Below are positions 41,628 to 53,168 of a stretch of DNA of 64,000 bases, one piece after another. Source of the stretch: a virus; the IMG/VR virus record IMGVR_UViG_3300028920_000029, positions 64,001-128,000 of that record; one strand, given 5' to 3'. A program made the position numbers and the translations under genes. The notes beneath the pieces are model-generated. The model did not search any database and was not told where the DNA came from. It saw only the letters and a program-made list of their open reading frames with translations. Position 1 is the first letter of the stretch. Each line of letters begins with the position of its first letter.

Positions 41628-42461
41628 CTACACCTCCTTATTCTTATTATACTTATTCTTAAGATGTCTTTTAAGAGAGTCTAAAGTTTTAAACTTGGTA
41701 CTTCCCTTAACTGTGTCACTATTGTTGTAGTACTCAAGTATTACTACCTCTTCACAATCTATGGGAGGTAACGTTACTTTGGAGTCAACTAGTTTACAAC
41801 TCCCATTAGTAGTAGTAGTTATTTGGTGCAGTTTCGCAGATAACTTTTTAGTTGCGGGGTCAAAGTTAAGCTCCAGCGCTCCATTATTAGATGTATTGTA
41901 GAAGTATCTGCCTCCTAATAGTAGCAACTTACCTACTTCAACACCTTTGTATTGGCTAGAAGACTCAACACAATGGAGTGCTTCATCCAGGATTGCTGTA
42001 CCATACTTCTTCTTAGCTATCCTATTCCACGTAGCTTCCATTTTTTTCACAGTATCTATTGTTGAGGTAAACTTTGGAGTACCAAAAGTCATTTTAGCAT
42101 CTGTGGAAGCCGTTAACACCAGTAGATTCATGTGTTTGAAGACCTCTTTCTCTGCCCTGAGTGCTGCGTTCACTGCCTCATTAACTCCAAGCTCCTTAAA
42201 AACCCCTGAACCATAGCGTAAAGTGTTCTTTAGCTGGCGTTTATCAGGGAAAGCAGCTACGTATTCACCGAGTTTATCCTTGTGATTCAATGCTACCCAC
42301 AGTAAACTGGCAGAAAGTACCTCAGTTTTCAGCCACTTCCTTTCCGATAGCATAGATGCAAGGGCTAGTGGGTCAGTATCTGGTCCAAGCATCGACAAAA
42401 TGAACGACTCGTAACCCAATTCCTTACTGTTCATTACCTTTTCAATCGATGAAGCGTACAT
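41628..42461 (-). CDS. Hypothetical protein (family C)
   Basis: SSIEK..MLGPDTDP; shares HKDK and WNRIAK with 40801..41625. Confidence 0.7.
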   Translation of the reverse strand: MYASSIEKVMNSKELGYESFILSMLGPDTDPLALASMLSERKWLKTEVLSASLLWVALNHKDKLGEYVAAFPDKRQLKNTLRYGSGVFKELGVNEAVNAALRAEKEVFKHMNLLVLTASTDAKMTFGTPKFTSTIDTVKKMEATWNRIAKKKYGTAILDEALHCVESSSQYKGVEVGKLLLLGGRYFYNTSNNGALELNFDPATKKLSAKLHQITTTTNGSCKLVDSKVTLPPIDCEEVVILEYYNNSDTVKGSTKFKTLDSLKRHLKNKYNKNKEV

Positions 42462-43272
42462 ATCACACCTCCTTATTTAAAGTTATAGTCTACAGTTACA
42501 TCAACGTAGAAAGTATACTTCTTTTTATCTTTGTTGTTAATTATCATCTTTACTTCCCGCTCTGTTAATCCTCTGGAGTGCCAATTAAATGAGGCTCTCT
42601 CACCATTCTCACGTTTAACCTCACCATTGATACTCACAATAGGCTTAGTTACTGGTACTGTACCGTCATCATCATCTTCTCCATCGAACTCTTCGTTAAT
42701 TTTTGCAAGGGTATCAAAGACTTTAACAATAGTAGACGCCCCATACTTCCACAAATCAAGCTTTAAGTGGTAGTAAGAGAGGTCAAAGTCCTTTTCTGCG
42801 CATTCAAAGTATCTAAACACAGGATTGTCCTCCAAAAACATCTCAAAATTCAGTTTACCGATTAGATTTTCGAGGTTTTCCACGTCTGTAGAATTATTCA
42901 TACCTGCCAAACCTCTCTCTTTTACCTCATTTAACAGCTGAAGATGAAGTTTTCTGGAGGTAACTGGTATCTTATTGGAGTTCCAGTTATGTATTTGTGT
43001 ATCTTTTACAGGAATTTCGTACTTTTCTTCACCATTTTCCTTAACAACTATAGAAAATCCCATCATTTTTCCTCCTTTATAGCTAAAAATCCCCTGACTT
43101 TACTCTTACCTTTCTTAATTCCACCTCTTTTCATAGCTATTTTCATGGCTTCAGCGGCATTTTTAGCATAGATTATATGCTTTTGCTCGTCATATCTGCC
43201 TGCTCCCACGTGTCCTGCGGGTAAAAGGCATACAAATTTCTTTAGTTTCTGCATGATATGCTCCGTCCACAA

Positions 43273-43360
43273 CGCGTTTCCCTGGAACTCCTGATGTGTA
43301 AGGGCAGTACCGTTCCACGATACGGCACCACCCTTACAACTATACCCTGGAATTCCCGCG
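43273..43360 (-). ncRNA. Candidate rod-like structured RNA (17-bp + 8-bp + 4-bp stems)
   Basis: The stems are fully paired only with G-U wobbles on the minus strand; the element fills the intergenic gap. Confidence 0.6.
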
Positions 43361-43361
43361 A

Positions 43362-43670
43362 TTACTTATCGGAAACGACCCTGTACTGCTCGCCGCGGAC
43401 TTTCATTGACACCAATCCCTCTGTTGATATCATTCGGAACGCTTTCTTTTGCATATCGTACACCGTAATAAGCCCATGGTCCTCTGGATTGTACGGCATA
43501 CCAGTTCCGTTGACACCTTTCTTCACTCCCTTACGGCAAATCATCCTGCGGAATGGCCTGTTGCCATGCTCATCTTCAGTCCTCTTCCTGAAGATAGCCT
43601 TAAAAACTGTACCCTCCGCTGCCTCGATAATCTTCTTAGCATCCTCGTGTGTTACAACCTTGCTAATCAT
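43362..43670 (-). CDS. WYL_2/Sm-like SH3 beta-barrel protein
   Basis: F.K..G..R.M.C...G......VYDMQKKAFRMI motif. Confidence 0.7.
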   Translation of the reverse strand: MISKVVTHEDAKKIIEAAEGTVFKAIFRKRTEDEHGNRPFRRMICRKGVKKGVNGTGMPYNPEDHGLITVYDMQKKAFRMISTEGLVSMKVRGEQYRVVSDK

Positions 43671-43695
43671 ATTACCACCTCCTTAAGTTTTAGTC

Positions 43696-44655
43696 CTAAC
43701 CCAAGAGTACCTTGAGTTCAGGGTCCTGCGATACGTCACATAGCTTAGTAACTACCTTGTCTAACTTGTATTCCTTAGCTTTATCCATAACAAACGCTTT
43801 GGCTGCGGCGACTACTATGTTCTTAGCCGACTCAGGCATATCATAGAACTGCCACCTATTGCTTCCTGGAGCGGGTGTTAGTGGTGAATATCTATAATCC
43901 TCTACCCTAAAGGTTGTTTCTACTTCTTTATTCCCATTTATAGGAGTCATAAGCAGTTCTAAATCTACTTTGCAGCCTCCAACTTTGTCTATCCACTCTC
44001 TTTCTGTTGCGGTCATCCTCTTTTTAAGATACTTTTTGAGCTGAGACTTAGTAACCGTCAGAGTATAAACGTGGTTTATATAGGTACTAAGCTTATCGTC
44101 GTTGATATACCATACAGTATCAGAGATTCGTATGTTACGTATAGTATGTGACATATGTGACAGGTATCTTTTGTAATTTAATCTTATGGATTCGTCACGT
44201 TTAGCTGACTCAATATGGTTTAACTCTTTCACTATAGCAGAGAACGTTCCTTGTTGGAGGTTAACAACAAACACTTTTCCGTCTGCGTTAAACCTCCTGA
44301 CTATCGTAGGCTTAATGTCGTTGTCCACCTTACTTGTAAGTATCTTAGAACCTTTTTCTGCAATAAAATCTGAGGCGTTCTCCACGCTCCACTTTAGCCC
44401 GTCAATAACATTGAGGTCTTCCACACCCTCCAAAACTTCCTGCACCTTATCCTCGTGGTTCACTAGGATATATTTGAAGACTGCCTGAAGAACATCATCT
44501 CTTCCAACTTCCTCACCATTGTAGTCCTTAAGGATAGCCTGGAAAAGAACTACTGGGTCAGTAGTTGGTCCCATAACACAGAGTAAATCGGTAGTAGATG
44601 ATATGGTTCCTTTCTCTATCATTCTAACTAGGGTACTTGAGTGCATTAAAATCAC
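43696..44655 (-). CDS. Hypothetical protein (family C)
   Basis: SSTLVR..VMGPTTDP. Confidence 0.7.
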   Translation of the reverse strand: MILMHSSTLVRMIEKGTISSTTDLLCVMGPTTDPVVLFQAILKDYNGEEVGRDDVLQAVFKYILVNHEDKVQEVLEGVEDLNVIDGLKWSVENASDFIAEKGSKILTSKVDNDIKPTIVRRFNADGKVFVVNLQQGTFSAIVKELNHIESAKRDESIRLNYKRYLSHMSHTIRNIRISDTVWYINDDKLSTYINHVYTLTVTKSQLKKYLKKRMTATEREWIDKVGGCKVDLELLMTPINGNKEVETTFRVEDYRYSPLTPAPGSNRWQFYDMPESAKNIVVAAAKAFVMDKAKEYKLDKVVTKLCDVSQDPELKVLLG

Positions 44656-45687
44656 CTCCTCTTTTTCTTTTTACTATAGATACTTACTAGTTTGTTAAGT
44701 GCTTTATCATCCTTAGCTAACTTCCTGCACCATCGTCTAACGTTAGCTCTAACTAATTCTTCAGGCCATAGCTTATCTGGTAGTAGCTCACCTACTGTAA
44801 TCTGCTTTCGCTTCACCCCACATTTAATACACTTAAAGTAGTGGGCACTGTAAGGATAGAACTTATGTTCACACATTAAAATCACCTCCGTTTTATGTAG
44901 TGGAACAACAACGCAGTTATAAAACCTCACGTATGGGGACTTGAAAACCCCCTCATCTGTGGTCTTGTTTCAACAAGCGAAACAACTACTCAAACTCCAT
45001 CGTCCTCCCCTTTCTTCCACTTACTAAGCAACTCGTAGATATCATTGTAGGCTTTCAGCTTACCTTGCAGCACCTCGTCTGACGGATTGTTCTTGATGCG
45101 TTCTTCAGTTCTTTTTACCCAGTGTTCTGTCAGACGAAACAAGTCATCAATACAGGCATAAGATTTGTTTCCATCGAAGATTGCTTCAACGTCAATGTGT
45201 TTGTCACTCATCTTCCCACCTCCTTACTTTGTTCCTAGTAAATCTAGATGGCTTCGATGTATTGTAGAAACTTACATCATACGGGTTAGCATTAAGTAGC
45301 AGCTGGTACCTTAAGGTAACTGAATGTATACCCTCGATGTTAACACAATCTGCTGCGTCATCAAACTGGTCCGCTGGATATCCTATTTCACCATTGACGT
45401 AAAAAGGATGTGGCGGCAGGTCTACTATGACATCCACCTCCTTCCCGTCTGCTAGAGGAACAGCAATCAAGTGAGCCTCGATAGCAGTATGTTTCTTCAT
45501 CAAGGCGTGAAAGGTTTTACCTAGTAAGTCAGATGGACTAAAGGTAACTGAGATTCCTACCCCAGTGTTGGTTGTGATGCAGGACTCAACGTCTATGTCT
45601 AACTTACACGACTTAGGTATCCTTAGGATGTTATCTTTGATGTGCTCCCAGGTTTCCTCAAGTATGTAAATCTCGTTTACGTTAAAT

Positions 45688-46722
45688 CTACGAGCGTGGT
45701 TCATCAGATGTCACCTCCTCCTTTTTATTTCCTTTAAGTAACTCGTACAGCTCAGTAGAAGTTAGCTCTTTTATCTCTATTTTATCCTGGAAAGCTCCTG
45801 CCAGTTTCTGAGTTACCTTAGCTTCCACTGCCTCCTTAATTCGTTCACCGAACACAGAGCGCACCTCACCCTTAGTGGTGCACTTGGTATAGGATTCGAA
45901 GTTAGTATTTGTTTTGTATCTCTTTGTTATTCTTCCTTCGTTAGTCAGGATAAACTCTACCATACAGTTTATAGTTTCTATCCTAGCTAGTTTCTTTTTT
46001 GTCTTGTATCCCTTTAGATGATAAGGAAAAAGATCTTTGATGTCTTCCATCTTAAGATTAAAACTCAGTCTCGGAAGCTCATACTCTTCAACATGAAAAC
46101 CCTCCTCAACCAACAAACTCTTTATGGGCTGAAACATAAATGAATCTGAGATGTCATCAGTTACCTCTACCCTTTCACAGCTATAGCCACCTGTATCTGG
46201 CTCACCAAAAGGTTTAACTAACGATACAACACCGCCATTTGGGTACGTAAGGTATGAGTTTCTTACCCTAGCATTAAACTGAAGTATTGAGTTGTCGTTC
46301 GTCTTAAGTAACTCTCTCATGCGGCCTATCAAACGGCTTGATATCAAATGTATCCCATCTCCGAGTGCTTCCTTAAGGTTAGGAGTAAGTTCTTCGATCC
46401 TTTCTTTGAACCTTTCGCAAACCTTTTTAGAAATGTAAGTGTCATCATCTTTGACCATTGAGTATAACTCAGACAGCTGAGTGATACTTGTGATCTTTTG
46501 AGTTAGCACTTCGAACATGTCTGACTGGTAAACAACCGAGTACTTTAGCATTGCTGAAACAAAGTGTGTGGCACCACTAGGTTTTGAGGTTCCAACCTCA
46601 GGATTAACTAGGTAGTCATACAGCATCTCTAAGTCTGTATCAGGTCCCAGTAGCAAGACAAAGTCGACAAGACTTAACGCCTTATCTGTCTCAAAGAACC
46701 TGACAATACTAGACGTCTTCAT
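45688..46722 (-). CDS. Hypothetical protein (family C)
   Basis: SSIVR..LLGPDTDL. Confidence 0.7.
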   Translation of the reverse strand: MKTSSIVRFFETDKALSLVDFVLLLGPDTDLEMLYDYLVNPEVGTSKPSGATHFVSAMLKYSVVYQSDMFEVLTQKITSITQLSELYSMVKDDDTYISKKVCERFKERIEELTPNLKEALGDGIHLISSRLIGRMRELLKTNDNSILQFNARVRNSYLTYPNGGVVSLVKPFGEPDTGGYSCERVEVTDDISDSFMFQPIKSLLVEEGFHVEEYELPRLSFNLKMEDIKDLFPYHLKGYKTKKKLARIETINCMVEFILTNEGRITKRYKTNTNFESYTKCTTKGEVRSVFGERIKEAVEAKVTQKLAGAFQDKIEIKELTSTELYELLKGNKKEEVTSDEPRS

Positions 46723-47214
46723 CTAACATCACCTCCATGTCAGTATTTTGTATGTGGTTTTTGAATCCTTGATTGCATCACCTCTAAACTCACCTCGGGT
46801 ATCGATGATGGCGAACTTGGTAGAGTTAAACAAGCTGCCCTGAATAAATAAACCCTGAGCTTTCAGCTGCTTAACGTTGTAGCTGTTACCTATGACTATC
46901 ATACTGCACCTCCTTCCTCAAACTTTACTGCCTCAACAGTTCCGTGCTTGTCGTGGATTACTGAGTAAAGACTGTCATAGTCGTAGAGATACTCAATGTA
47001 TACACAATCCTCTTTCTTAAACATGTCAAGGATTTGTTCTGCCACTTTCTTAAGCAGCGTCCTGGAGTATGCTGTTGGAATGTGTATGGATACTGAGTAG
47101 TCTGCAGTGACTGTACAACTTTCAGTGCTGTAGTCAATAGCAATGTCGTCAGTTTTAACCTTAATGAGTGGAGCGATGGCGTCTTTCAACACCACCTGCT
47201 CCGAGTGAGAATGT

Positions 47215-48474
47215 CTAGTCATTGTTACCACTCCTCCCTTCGATGTCGGAAGAGATGTTAATGTTGATGTACGGATTGACTGCTCCTTTGTAGTGCACCT
47301 CTTCGTTGGTAGTCATGATAACCGTACGGCTTCTAACTGGTCCAACTTCCAATGGAGGTATCTCACCATCAGTTAAGACTACAAAGTTACATCTCGCTCC
47401 GATAGTTTCTTTCTCGTGCTCTGCGAACTTAGCCATTGCTGGGTTCAAATCTGTACCACCCCAGCCTGGGATAGTCTTTGGTATTGAGTCACCTTTAGAC
47501 AGCGTATGTGTAATTCCTGTATCGAAGAAGTACACTTTCTCTATCTCAGGCAACGCCAGAAGATACCCTGCAAAGTCCTCGATGTAATCAAAGCATGAAC
47601 CAGATACATCAACAGCGGCCCACACTTTAATCTTCTCGCTTCTTTTCCTTGGGAATATACAACCAGGAATATGTATCCTCCTGTGCCCTCGGGAAAAGTC
47701 TGGCTTATCTCTGTGGATAATCTTATCCAGTATCTGTTCGAACGGAAAGGACTTCTTAACTACTTTCATTAAGTCCTGAACAAACCCTCCAGCCTTAGAA
47801 CCGTACGCTCCATTCTTAGCAGCTCTTACGATGTCATTGATATGCTCCTTAACATCGTCATCCAGTTCATCAGCATTAAAGTGAGGGTCATGCTCGTCTA
47901 TCCTGTCTCCGTCCAAAGCTACAATTAGAGACCCTTTATCTTTCTCTTCCTGTTCCTTAAGAAGTAATGAGTATACTTCCTCAGAAGTTATCTCGTTTTC
48001 CTGCATACCCATCTCGTTGAGGTCAATTAACTTCTCTTCCTCAAGCTTCTGTAAGGACAGTCCAATCTCGTGTCCGTCTTCAGCTTTAGGCATACTAACA
48101 TAGCTCCCGTAACTTCTGTTGATAAGAGAATTGAGTACGGAATCTGTAGCAACATTCCATACTTTGCGGTCCTCTATTCTCTTACACCTTATCAGATGTC
48201 CCAACAGAATGTGAGCTCCCTCATGCATCAGGATATACATCTGTTCCTTGATGGGAAACTCATTGAGATACTTAATGTTAACATGAAGTAAGAGCTTCTT
48301 GTTCCTGTCAAGACTGACTGCTGCCAGTCCTGCCGTTCCAGATATGTCCCTTACTGGCATCAGTAAGAACATGTCCAGGAAGAACCTGAGCTCAGGCTGC
48401 GTAGCGAACTGCTCGAAAGGCAACTGCGATCTGAGTTTATCAGACCCAGTAACTACGTCTTTAAATCCTGCCAT
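47215..48474 (-). CDS. DUF2201-type putative metallopeptidase + VWA domain protein
   Basis: HEGAH (HExxH), WNVATD..N, MIDAS DVSGS, FFDT, GGTDL, LTDG. Confidence 0.88.
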   Translation of the reverse strand: MAGFKDVVTGSDKLRSQLPFEQFATQPELRFFLDMFLLMPVRDISGTAGLAAVSLDRNKKLLLHVNIKYLNEFPIKEQMYILMHEGAHILLGHLIRCKRIEDRKVWNVATDSVLNSLINRSYGSYVSMPKAEDGHEIGLSLQKLEEEKLIDLNEMGMQENEITSEEVYSLLLKEQEEKDKGSLIVALDGDRIDEHDPHFNADELDDDVKEHINDIVRAAKNGAYGSKAGGFVQDLMKVVKKSFPFEQILDKIIHRDKPDFSRGHRRIHIPGCIFPRKRSEKIKVWAAVDVSGSCFDYIEDFAGYLLALPEIEKVYFFDTGITHTLSKGDSIPKTIPGWGGTDLNPAMAKFAEHEKETIGARCNFVVLTDGEIPPLEVGPVRSRTVIMTTNEEVHYKGAVNPYININISSDIEGRSGNND

Positions 48475-48488
48475 AAAACCTCACCTCC

Positions 48489-49040
48489 TCAGTAGTTTTT
48501 TAACTCTGGAAAAATTATGTCAAACCTGGTGTGAATGTATCTGTTCTTCGCGGCGCCTATCTTTAATGCTAAGTCATCTAAAGGGGCATACTCAAATCCT
48601 TTAGATTCATACTCCTCCGTAGTTGCATGCCACTCCCATAACTCTGATGCATTAGATACATCTCTGCTGCTTCTAGGTCTTGGGCAGTTAAAGTGTACTC
48701 CGCATTCCTCACCCATGATAGTTTGTTTACCACTCATGTCAAGCTCAACATTAGTGATTGAATTATGCATTGATGCTAACTTACTGCAGTCAATCATGTA
48801 CTGTCGAGCTTTCTTCATTGTAGCGATAACAAACGTTGTTGTAGCCTCATCAGGAATACTGAAACATGCAGATACATCTGGACTACGTTCTCCGTGGCAG
48901 TGTTCATTCCAGTAAGGTTTTTCAAGCATCACCAATCCTTTAAACTTCTTACTCAAAGCATTAAGGTACAGCCTTGAGTAGTGGTTGAAGATGCGGGAGT
49001 GCCAGTATTCCCTGGCACTCCCCGTTTTTCTGAGAAACAT
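48489..49040 (-). CDS. Hypothetical protein inserted between AAA and VWA genes
   Basis: Intact ORF carrying a TTTFVIATMKK motif. Confidence 0.6.
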   Translation of the reverse strand: MFLRKTGSAREYWHSRIFNHYSRLYLNALSKKFKGLVMLEKPYWNEHCHGERSPDVSACFSIPDEATTTFVIATMKKARQYMIDCSKLASMHNSITNVELDMSGKQTIMGEECGVHFNCPRPRSSRDVSNASELWEWHATTEEYESKGFEYAPLDDLALKIGAAKNRYIHTRFDIIFPELKNY

Positions 49041-49042
49041 GA

Positions 49043-50167
49043 TTATTTATCTTTCTTCGGTGTCTTCCCAAGCCTCTGCTTGAGCAGGTCATCGAAGTAA
49101 GTTCCGATAGGCTTACCTTTAGCAGTCAGTGATTCATACAGGAATGGATCACCATCACCAACTAAAGTAAGGAACTTAGTAATAGTATCTGCTTCAGTCT
49201 CGGCATCGACCAGCTTGTCGATAAACTTCTGCAGTACCTCTTTCCTTTTCTTCTCAACCTTGTATTCCTTTTCAGTAAACACTATACCCGCTACTTCTTC
49301 AAGAGCAAAGGACCTCTTGAGGGCTTTAGCTTTACCATACTTGGACCACGCGGCTGCAACACAGTTCAGCAGTCCTCTGGCGTCTATAATGGAATCCTGT
49401 ACGAACTCCATTAACTTAACGACAGTGCTGGCAGACAGGATACCTTTGGCAAGGTCAGCGAATTCTTTCATGTCGACATCCTTGGTCAGGTCCAGCTTAA
49501 GCTGCTTGCATGTGTCATCTAACTGTGACCACGATCTTGGACATGTCCACGGTTCAAACGGGCTGTCCTTGGACGGTCCAGTAACAAGAGCTTTCATTCC
49601 TATAGCCTTAACAAAGGCACCTATCTCTTTGATAGGCTTCTGGAAGTCAAGCCACTTGTCAACTCTTGGCGGCTGCATCATGTAGACATAACCTCTTCCG
49701 CCAGTAAGCGCTGATGTAATTATCTTGGCGAAAGTACCGTCTTCACCACCCATGTTACCTGAGATAACAAACTGTGTCTTCTCAGGCAGCTTGATGTTAT
49801 CCAGGTTTTTACCCAGGACTATATCAAGCACAGCACCCTGAACGTCCTCTGTTGCCAGAGTAAACTCGTCAAAGTGAACTACGACATTACCTTTGGAGTC
49901 TATGACTTTCTTCCAAAAGCTTGGCGCTTTCCACTCAACATAGTCTCCCTCAGGCGAAGGAATACCTTTGATGTCATAGGCTTCAAGCCTGCCCAGTGAC
50001 AACGTAATGTACTCCCTGCCCGCTGCGATAGCTCCGTCGTGGATTGAAACGGTTTTTCCTACTCCAGGATCACCTAAGATGATCAGGGTTTTCGGATTAG
50101 CCATCTCGCTAAACCTCTTGATAAGACTTACACACTCATTCGCAGCAATTGCACGCATCAAAACCAC
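49043..50167 (-). CDS. MoxR-like AAA+ ATPase
   Basis: Walker A GDPGVGKT, DIKGIP, Walker B VVHFDEF, SGN sensor, PRSW. Confidence 0.9.
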   Translation of the reverse strand: MVLMRAIAANECVSLIKRFSEMANPKTLIILGDPGVGKTVSIHDGAIAAGREYITLSLGRLEAYDIKGIPSPEGDYVEWKAPSFWKKVIDSKGNVVVHFDEFTLATEDVQGAVLDIVLGKNLDNIKLPEKTQFVISGNMGGEDGTFAKIITSALTGGRGYVYMMQPPRVDKWLDFQKPIKEIGAFVKAIGMKALVTGPSKDSPFEPWTCPRSWSQLDDTCKQLKLDLTKDVDMKEFADLAKGILSASTVVKLMEFVQDSIIDARGLLNCVAAAWSKYGKAKALKRSFALEEVAGIVFTEKEYKVEKKRKEVLQKFIDKLVDAETEADTITKFLTLVGDGDPFLYESLTAKGKPIGTYFDDLLKQRLGKTPKKDK

Positions 50168-51605
50168 CTCCTAAAAGTTTTTTACTTCTGTTTTGCTAGG
50201 GGAACTTTTTTAATTCTGGCGTCAGGATAAGCTCCCCTGCATTCGTTCTTAATCCTAAGCGCTTCGACGTGCCCGTACTTAATGGCAATCGTCATGTTTT
50301 TCGATGGAGAATACACGATGTACATAAAGTTCTCCATGGCAACACCTCCTAGGCAAACTCTATTCGTACTGAAGTAACTCCCCATGTGTCCATGTCGTTC
50401 ACTAAATCTTCTTCCTTAAGAGGTTCTTCAGACGAACAAAAGTACCGTGACATCACTGACCCATCCTTAAGTAATTTAACCTTAAGGCTTTGTTCCTTGT
50501 CAGTCTCCTTAACCGACGCAAAGAACTTTCTGAACAGGGTTGTTAGAATGGTTGGTGATGGGTCACTGTGGAAGTCTACCTCTATCACCCTGTCTCCAGT
50601 CCTTTGCAGGTCACAATGCTGAGCACGGTTAAAAACTTTAATCGCTTCGTAATACTTTGAGAGGTCTGTGTAATCTTCACTCAAAATAGCACCTCCATTT
50701 TTTGCAGAAAAAGTTTGACAACTTCTTTGGTAGGCTTATCAAAGATATAGGTGTCTCTGTTTTCATCCATTAACTTATCCGCATACTCTCCCAAACGCCT
50801 ACCGTTACACGTAACCTCTTCCCACACCAAAATGTCGTGGTTAGCATAACGTAACACCAGTTCCAGCCACGTATGGAATAACATATGTTTCTGTTTTTCC
50901 ACTAATTTCCGTCGTAGCCTTTGTTTATACTGGCGGTTATTCATCTCCAGGCTCCTCTAACTTAACATAGATTTCGCCTGCTCTGCCGTGTAAGTAGACG
51001 CCTTTCTTTCCAGCCTGTGTAAGCTCTGGAATATCCAGCTCACCTGACTTAGCAACTTTAGGAATTGAAGCGACTTCACTTTCTATTTCTTTTAGGCGCT
51101 TAGCTTTAATTCCAGCTAACGCCTGGTCGAAATCAGAGGAAGGTATAACTCTTACCTTAGACTCTGGTACATCTGCTTCTACTTCTTCGGGTGAGGCTTT
51201 AGCTAATACAGAGATAGCTGAGTCAATCTGATTAGCCTCCTCAACCAGGACTTTCTGTGCTTCCTTTTTACTTACCTGAGCAGCGCCAATGATATCGGCT
51301 TTGGTCTTACTCAGGGCAGTAATAACAGAAGAGTAACTTGGAACGTCCTTTTTCTTACCCATGTAACTTCACCTCCTTTTATTCACTCCAATAGATTTCA
51401 AATCCTAACAGTTCCAAATTAAACCATTTCCTTCCATCGCTTGAATCTGCATGTATTCCAAACAGAGCTACTTCAAACAACTCGATACATATCGCAAGGT
51501 TGAAGCATCTGTTGAGAATGTTAACATACGCTTCAAATCCTCCACGTATATTAAAGTTCTTCCAAGTACTACTAATCGTAAACATAGTATCACCTCCTTA
51601 ATAAA

Positions 51606-51633
51606 AGTATACCCTAGATTGTCAAAAAGTCAA
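51606..51633 (-). promoter_or_regulatory. Sigma70 promoter TTGACT-N16-TATACT
   Basis: Near-consensus hexamers directly upstream of AAGGAGG and ATG 51585. Confidence 0.75.
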
Positions 51634-53147
51634 GGGCTAGTTCAATACAAAATGCAGCTGATGTTCTTTAATTACTAAGTAGTTATAGTATTTCCTGACG
51701 TCCTTTCCTTTCTCTATGGGGATATTGTTGAGCTTATCCACCAGCACCTGAGACCTGTCTACATCGGCAGGCTCAGCGTGTACTACATATATCGTATCGT
51801 TATCCATGATTGCACCCCCGAGGGGAAATAGGTGACGCATCCCTTTCGGTTAACATCGCCACCTTTTCAAGAGGTTTATTTCCTCTTGGTGTACTGCGGT
51901 AAAGCGTTGAGTGAAGCCTTTGTAATGTAGTGGTTAGGTATCTTGGCGTAGTTACCTTTCTTACCCACTATCATCACGTCCTTACGTGTACGTGATACAT
52001 ACGTAAGTGAGGTACCTTTCGGTATACGTATGTTGGTCGGCCTGGTCGTAAAGTCTTTGTCTAATACTATCTTGTAATGTCTCATGTTACTCACTCTCCT
52101 TGTGTTTAGATTTAATGACTAACAACAATATTTCATCTCTTAATGCTTGTTCACTACCAAACACATTATTTCTACATACTTCCTCTATATCCTGTATGAT
52201 CTTGTTTGCTTTTAATAATTCTGTTCTACCTTTTTTGTTTTCTTCTATTACATTTAACACTTCTTTTGCACAAACTTTACATATATCCATATCACTCACC
52301 TCCTTCACTCCCTATAAGATAACCCACTAAATAAGAAACTACAACTGATAATACAAAAACTAATGAACCTAATATATCTTCCATATTACTCACCTCCTTA
52401 TTCGTTTGGCGTGACGTAAGGAACTACTCCGCCACCTGTGAAATAATATTCATACCAGAGATCCCCATCGGTAAAGGATAGGTTGCCTACTGATACGTGT
52501 GGAGCAATGGCGGCGAACAGTCTGTCCTGCCTTGCGTCCCTGCCGCCCAGGAACTCAATGGTACCTCTGGTAATGGTGAAACCAAAGAGCCTCAAAGCGT
52601 GGTCTAAGTTCCTGGCGCACAGTATGCGCTGCCCCTTATCCCATGCCTTGCCGTACTTGACGTTACCTTTCAACGCCTCAAACGCAGCTTTCTCGTTCTC
52701 AATCTTAAGCTTGGATTTAAAACACCCGTGTCTGCTCATACTAATTCACCTCCTTAGAAGATTTAAGTTTTCCCACTAAAATTTGTAGTTCTTTTTCTTT
52801 TTTTGCATTGAGTTCACGAATTTTGTCGTAATATGCTTCTCTGCATTCTCTACACCAATGTTTTACGCCCTTTATGTTTTGTTCACAAAGCATAATCCCT
52901 TTTGTGCTTCCTTCTTCCGAGAAAAATACATCTTGAGTTTTGCATAAATCACATGTATAGTTTTTCACGTCATACCTCCTTAGAAGATTTAAATCCGTAG
53001 TCCTTTACCTCTACCTTTGGTTTCCTGGCTATCGCTACCACCTTAACCGTCAAACCAATTAAGGCGTTAGCTCCCATACCTGCCAGAAACCAAGCAAACC
53101 AGTTAGTCATTACATCACCTCCTTATTTTTTATTCCTATGAGTGCGA

Positions 53148-53163
53148 GGGGGCCGAAGCCCCC
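53148..53163 (-). other. cUUCGg tetraloop hairpin after gene 53169..53879
   Basis: GGGGGC-TTCG-GCCCCC; no U-tract, so more likely a stabiliser or processing element than a terminator. Confidence 0.5.
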
Positions 53164-53168
53164 AAGTA

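Noticed and set aside
44930-44990. Hammerhead ribozyme or tRNA remnant
   Set aside because: Two small hairpins are present, but the core is CAGAUGA rather than CUGAUGA, GAAA is misplaced, and the T-loop spacing is wrong.
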